Part shown: piece after piece, positions 63,345 to 64,000 of the stretch
How positions within the stretch are numbered: the stretch's first letter is position 1
Layout of the letters: each line of letters starts with the position of its first letter
Assembly (NCBI GenBank): GCA_050303815.1
Contig: JBNLCM010000106.1
Coordinates: forward strand, 4,938 to 68,937
DNA from: Rhodocyclaceae bacterium
GTDB lineage: Bacteria > Pseudomonadota > Gammaproteobacteria > Burkholderiales > Rhodocyclaceae
Direction: 5' to 3'
DNA length: 64,000 bases
Made by a program: the position numbers and the translations under genes
Notes under the pieces: generated by a model
The model's input: the letters and a program-made list of their open reading frames with translations, nothing else
What the model was told of the DNA's origin: nothing
The model's database searches: none

Positions 63345-64000
63345 ACGCCGGCGCCTCGCGGAAGCGGGCAAAGGCGGGGATGGTGCCACCCACTACAACT
63401 CCCTTTTCGGCGAGATCCTCGATTGGATGCTCGCGCCGCTGCTGTTCCTGTGGCCCATCTCGATCATCATCACGCACAACGTCGCGGCCAGCATCGCCAA
63501 CACGCCGTACGACCGGAGCATGTCTGACAGCCTGCGTGCCCTGTCGCAGATGATTGGCGTCGAGGCCGGCGTGGTGTCGGTGAACTTTCCGGCGCCAGCG
63601 CGGGCGCTATTCCGGTCGGATCAGGATGACGTCGTGTACTTCCAGGTCACGGACCTGAGCGGCGACGTGGTCTCCGGCGACCGCGAGATCCCCTGGGTGG
63701 CCGCCCCCGAAGACGTGGTGCCGGGAGAGGTCAGGTTCCGGGACGGTGTGATTCAGGGTGAGGAAGTGCGCATCGCCTACCTGTTCCTGAAGGCCTATCC
63801 GGAGGCGGACAGCCCGCTGGTGCTGGTCCAGCTGGGTGAGACACGCAACAAGCGAAGCGACCTCGCGTCCCGGGTCGTGACGGGGGTGCTGCTGCCCCAG
63901 TTCGCCATCATCCCGCTCGCGGTCATTCTGGTATGGCTGGGGCTGACCCGGGGCATAGCGCCGCTGAATCGGCTGCAGCGGATCCTGCGTCGGCGGCGGC
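63334..64000 (+). CDS. Sensor histidine kinase (TctE-like), truncated by window end
   Basis: NSLFGEILDWMLAPL, IANTPYDR, LVQLGETRNKR, LPQFAIIPL, GIAPL; overlaps the regulator stop. Confidence 0.88.
   Translation, partial: MWPRRRRLAEAGKGGDGATHYNSLFGEILDWMLAPLLFLWPISIIITHNVAASIANTPYDRSMSDSLRALSQMIGVEAGVVSVNFPAPARALFRSDQDDVVYFQVTDLSGDVVSGDREIPWVAAPEDVVPGEVRFRDGVIQGEEVRIAYLFLKAYPEADSPLVLVQLGETRNKRSDLASRVVTGVLLPQFAIIPLAVILVWLGLTRGIAPLNRLQRILRRRR

Overview
High-GC betaproteobacterial chromosome segment; gene content and order suggest Rhodocyclales (Thauera/Azoarcus/Zoogloea-like), which is an inference. From left to right: a furan/unusual fatty acid modification-like operon (FAD oxidoreductase, DUF1365, CFA-type methyltransferase, chalcone isomerase-like, MFS, DUF3833, SDR, SnoaL); an aa3-type cytochrome c oxidase operon with a perfect FNR box upstream; an inverted hisC followed by hisBHAFIE-HIT-tatABC; an HtrA protease, Nif3, a FimV-like protein and sucCD; a PP2C / double-FHA / class II cyclic-nucleotide phosphodiesterase / GAF-PilB(GspE) ATPase module; purB, queA-tgt-yajC-secDF and tRNA-Leu(CAA); the PEP-CTERM PrsK/PrsR/PrsT locus; a NemR-like TetR mini-regulon with two operators; a ~4.8 kb decayed patch (PKS ACP-KS relic, sigma54 promoter joined to a truncated hydrolase, MxaD-like and TonB-like/Sel1 genes, frameshifted PPTase, amber-interrupted ORF); groESL with a sigma32 promoter and CIRCE; and a TctD/TctE-like two-component system. 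The best candidates for new biology are the phospho-Thr/cyclic-nucleotide-linked orphan pilus ATPase module, two structured antisense sRNA candidates and the relic patch. All family assignments come from motif recognition by eye; no database search was run.
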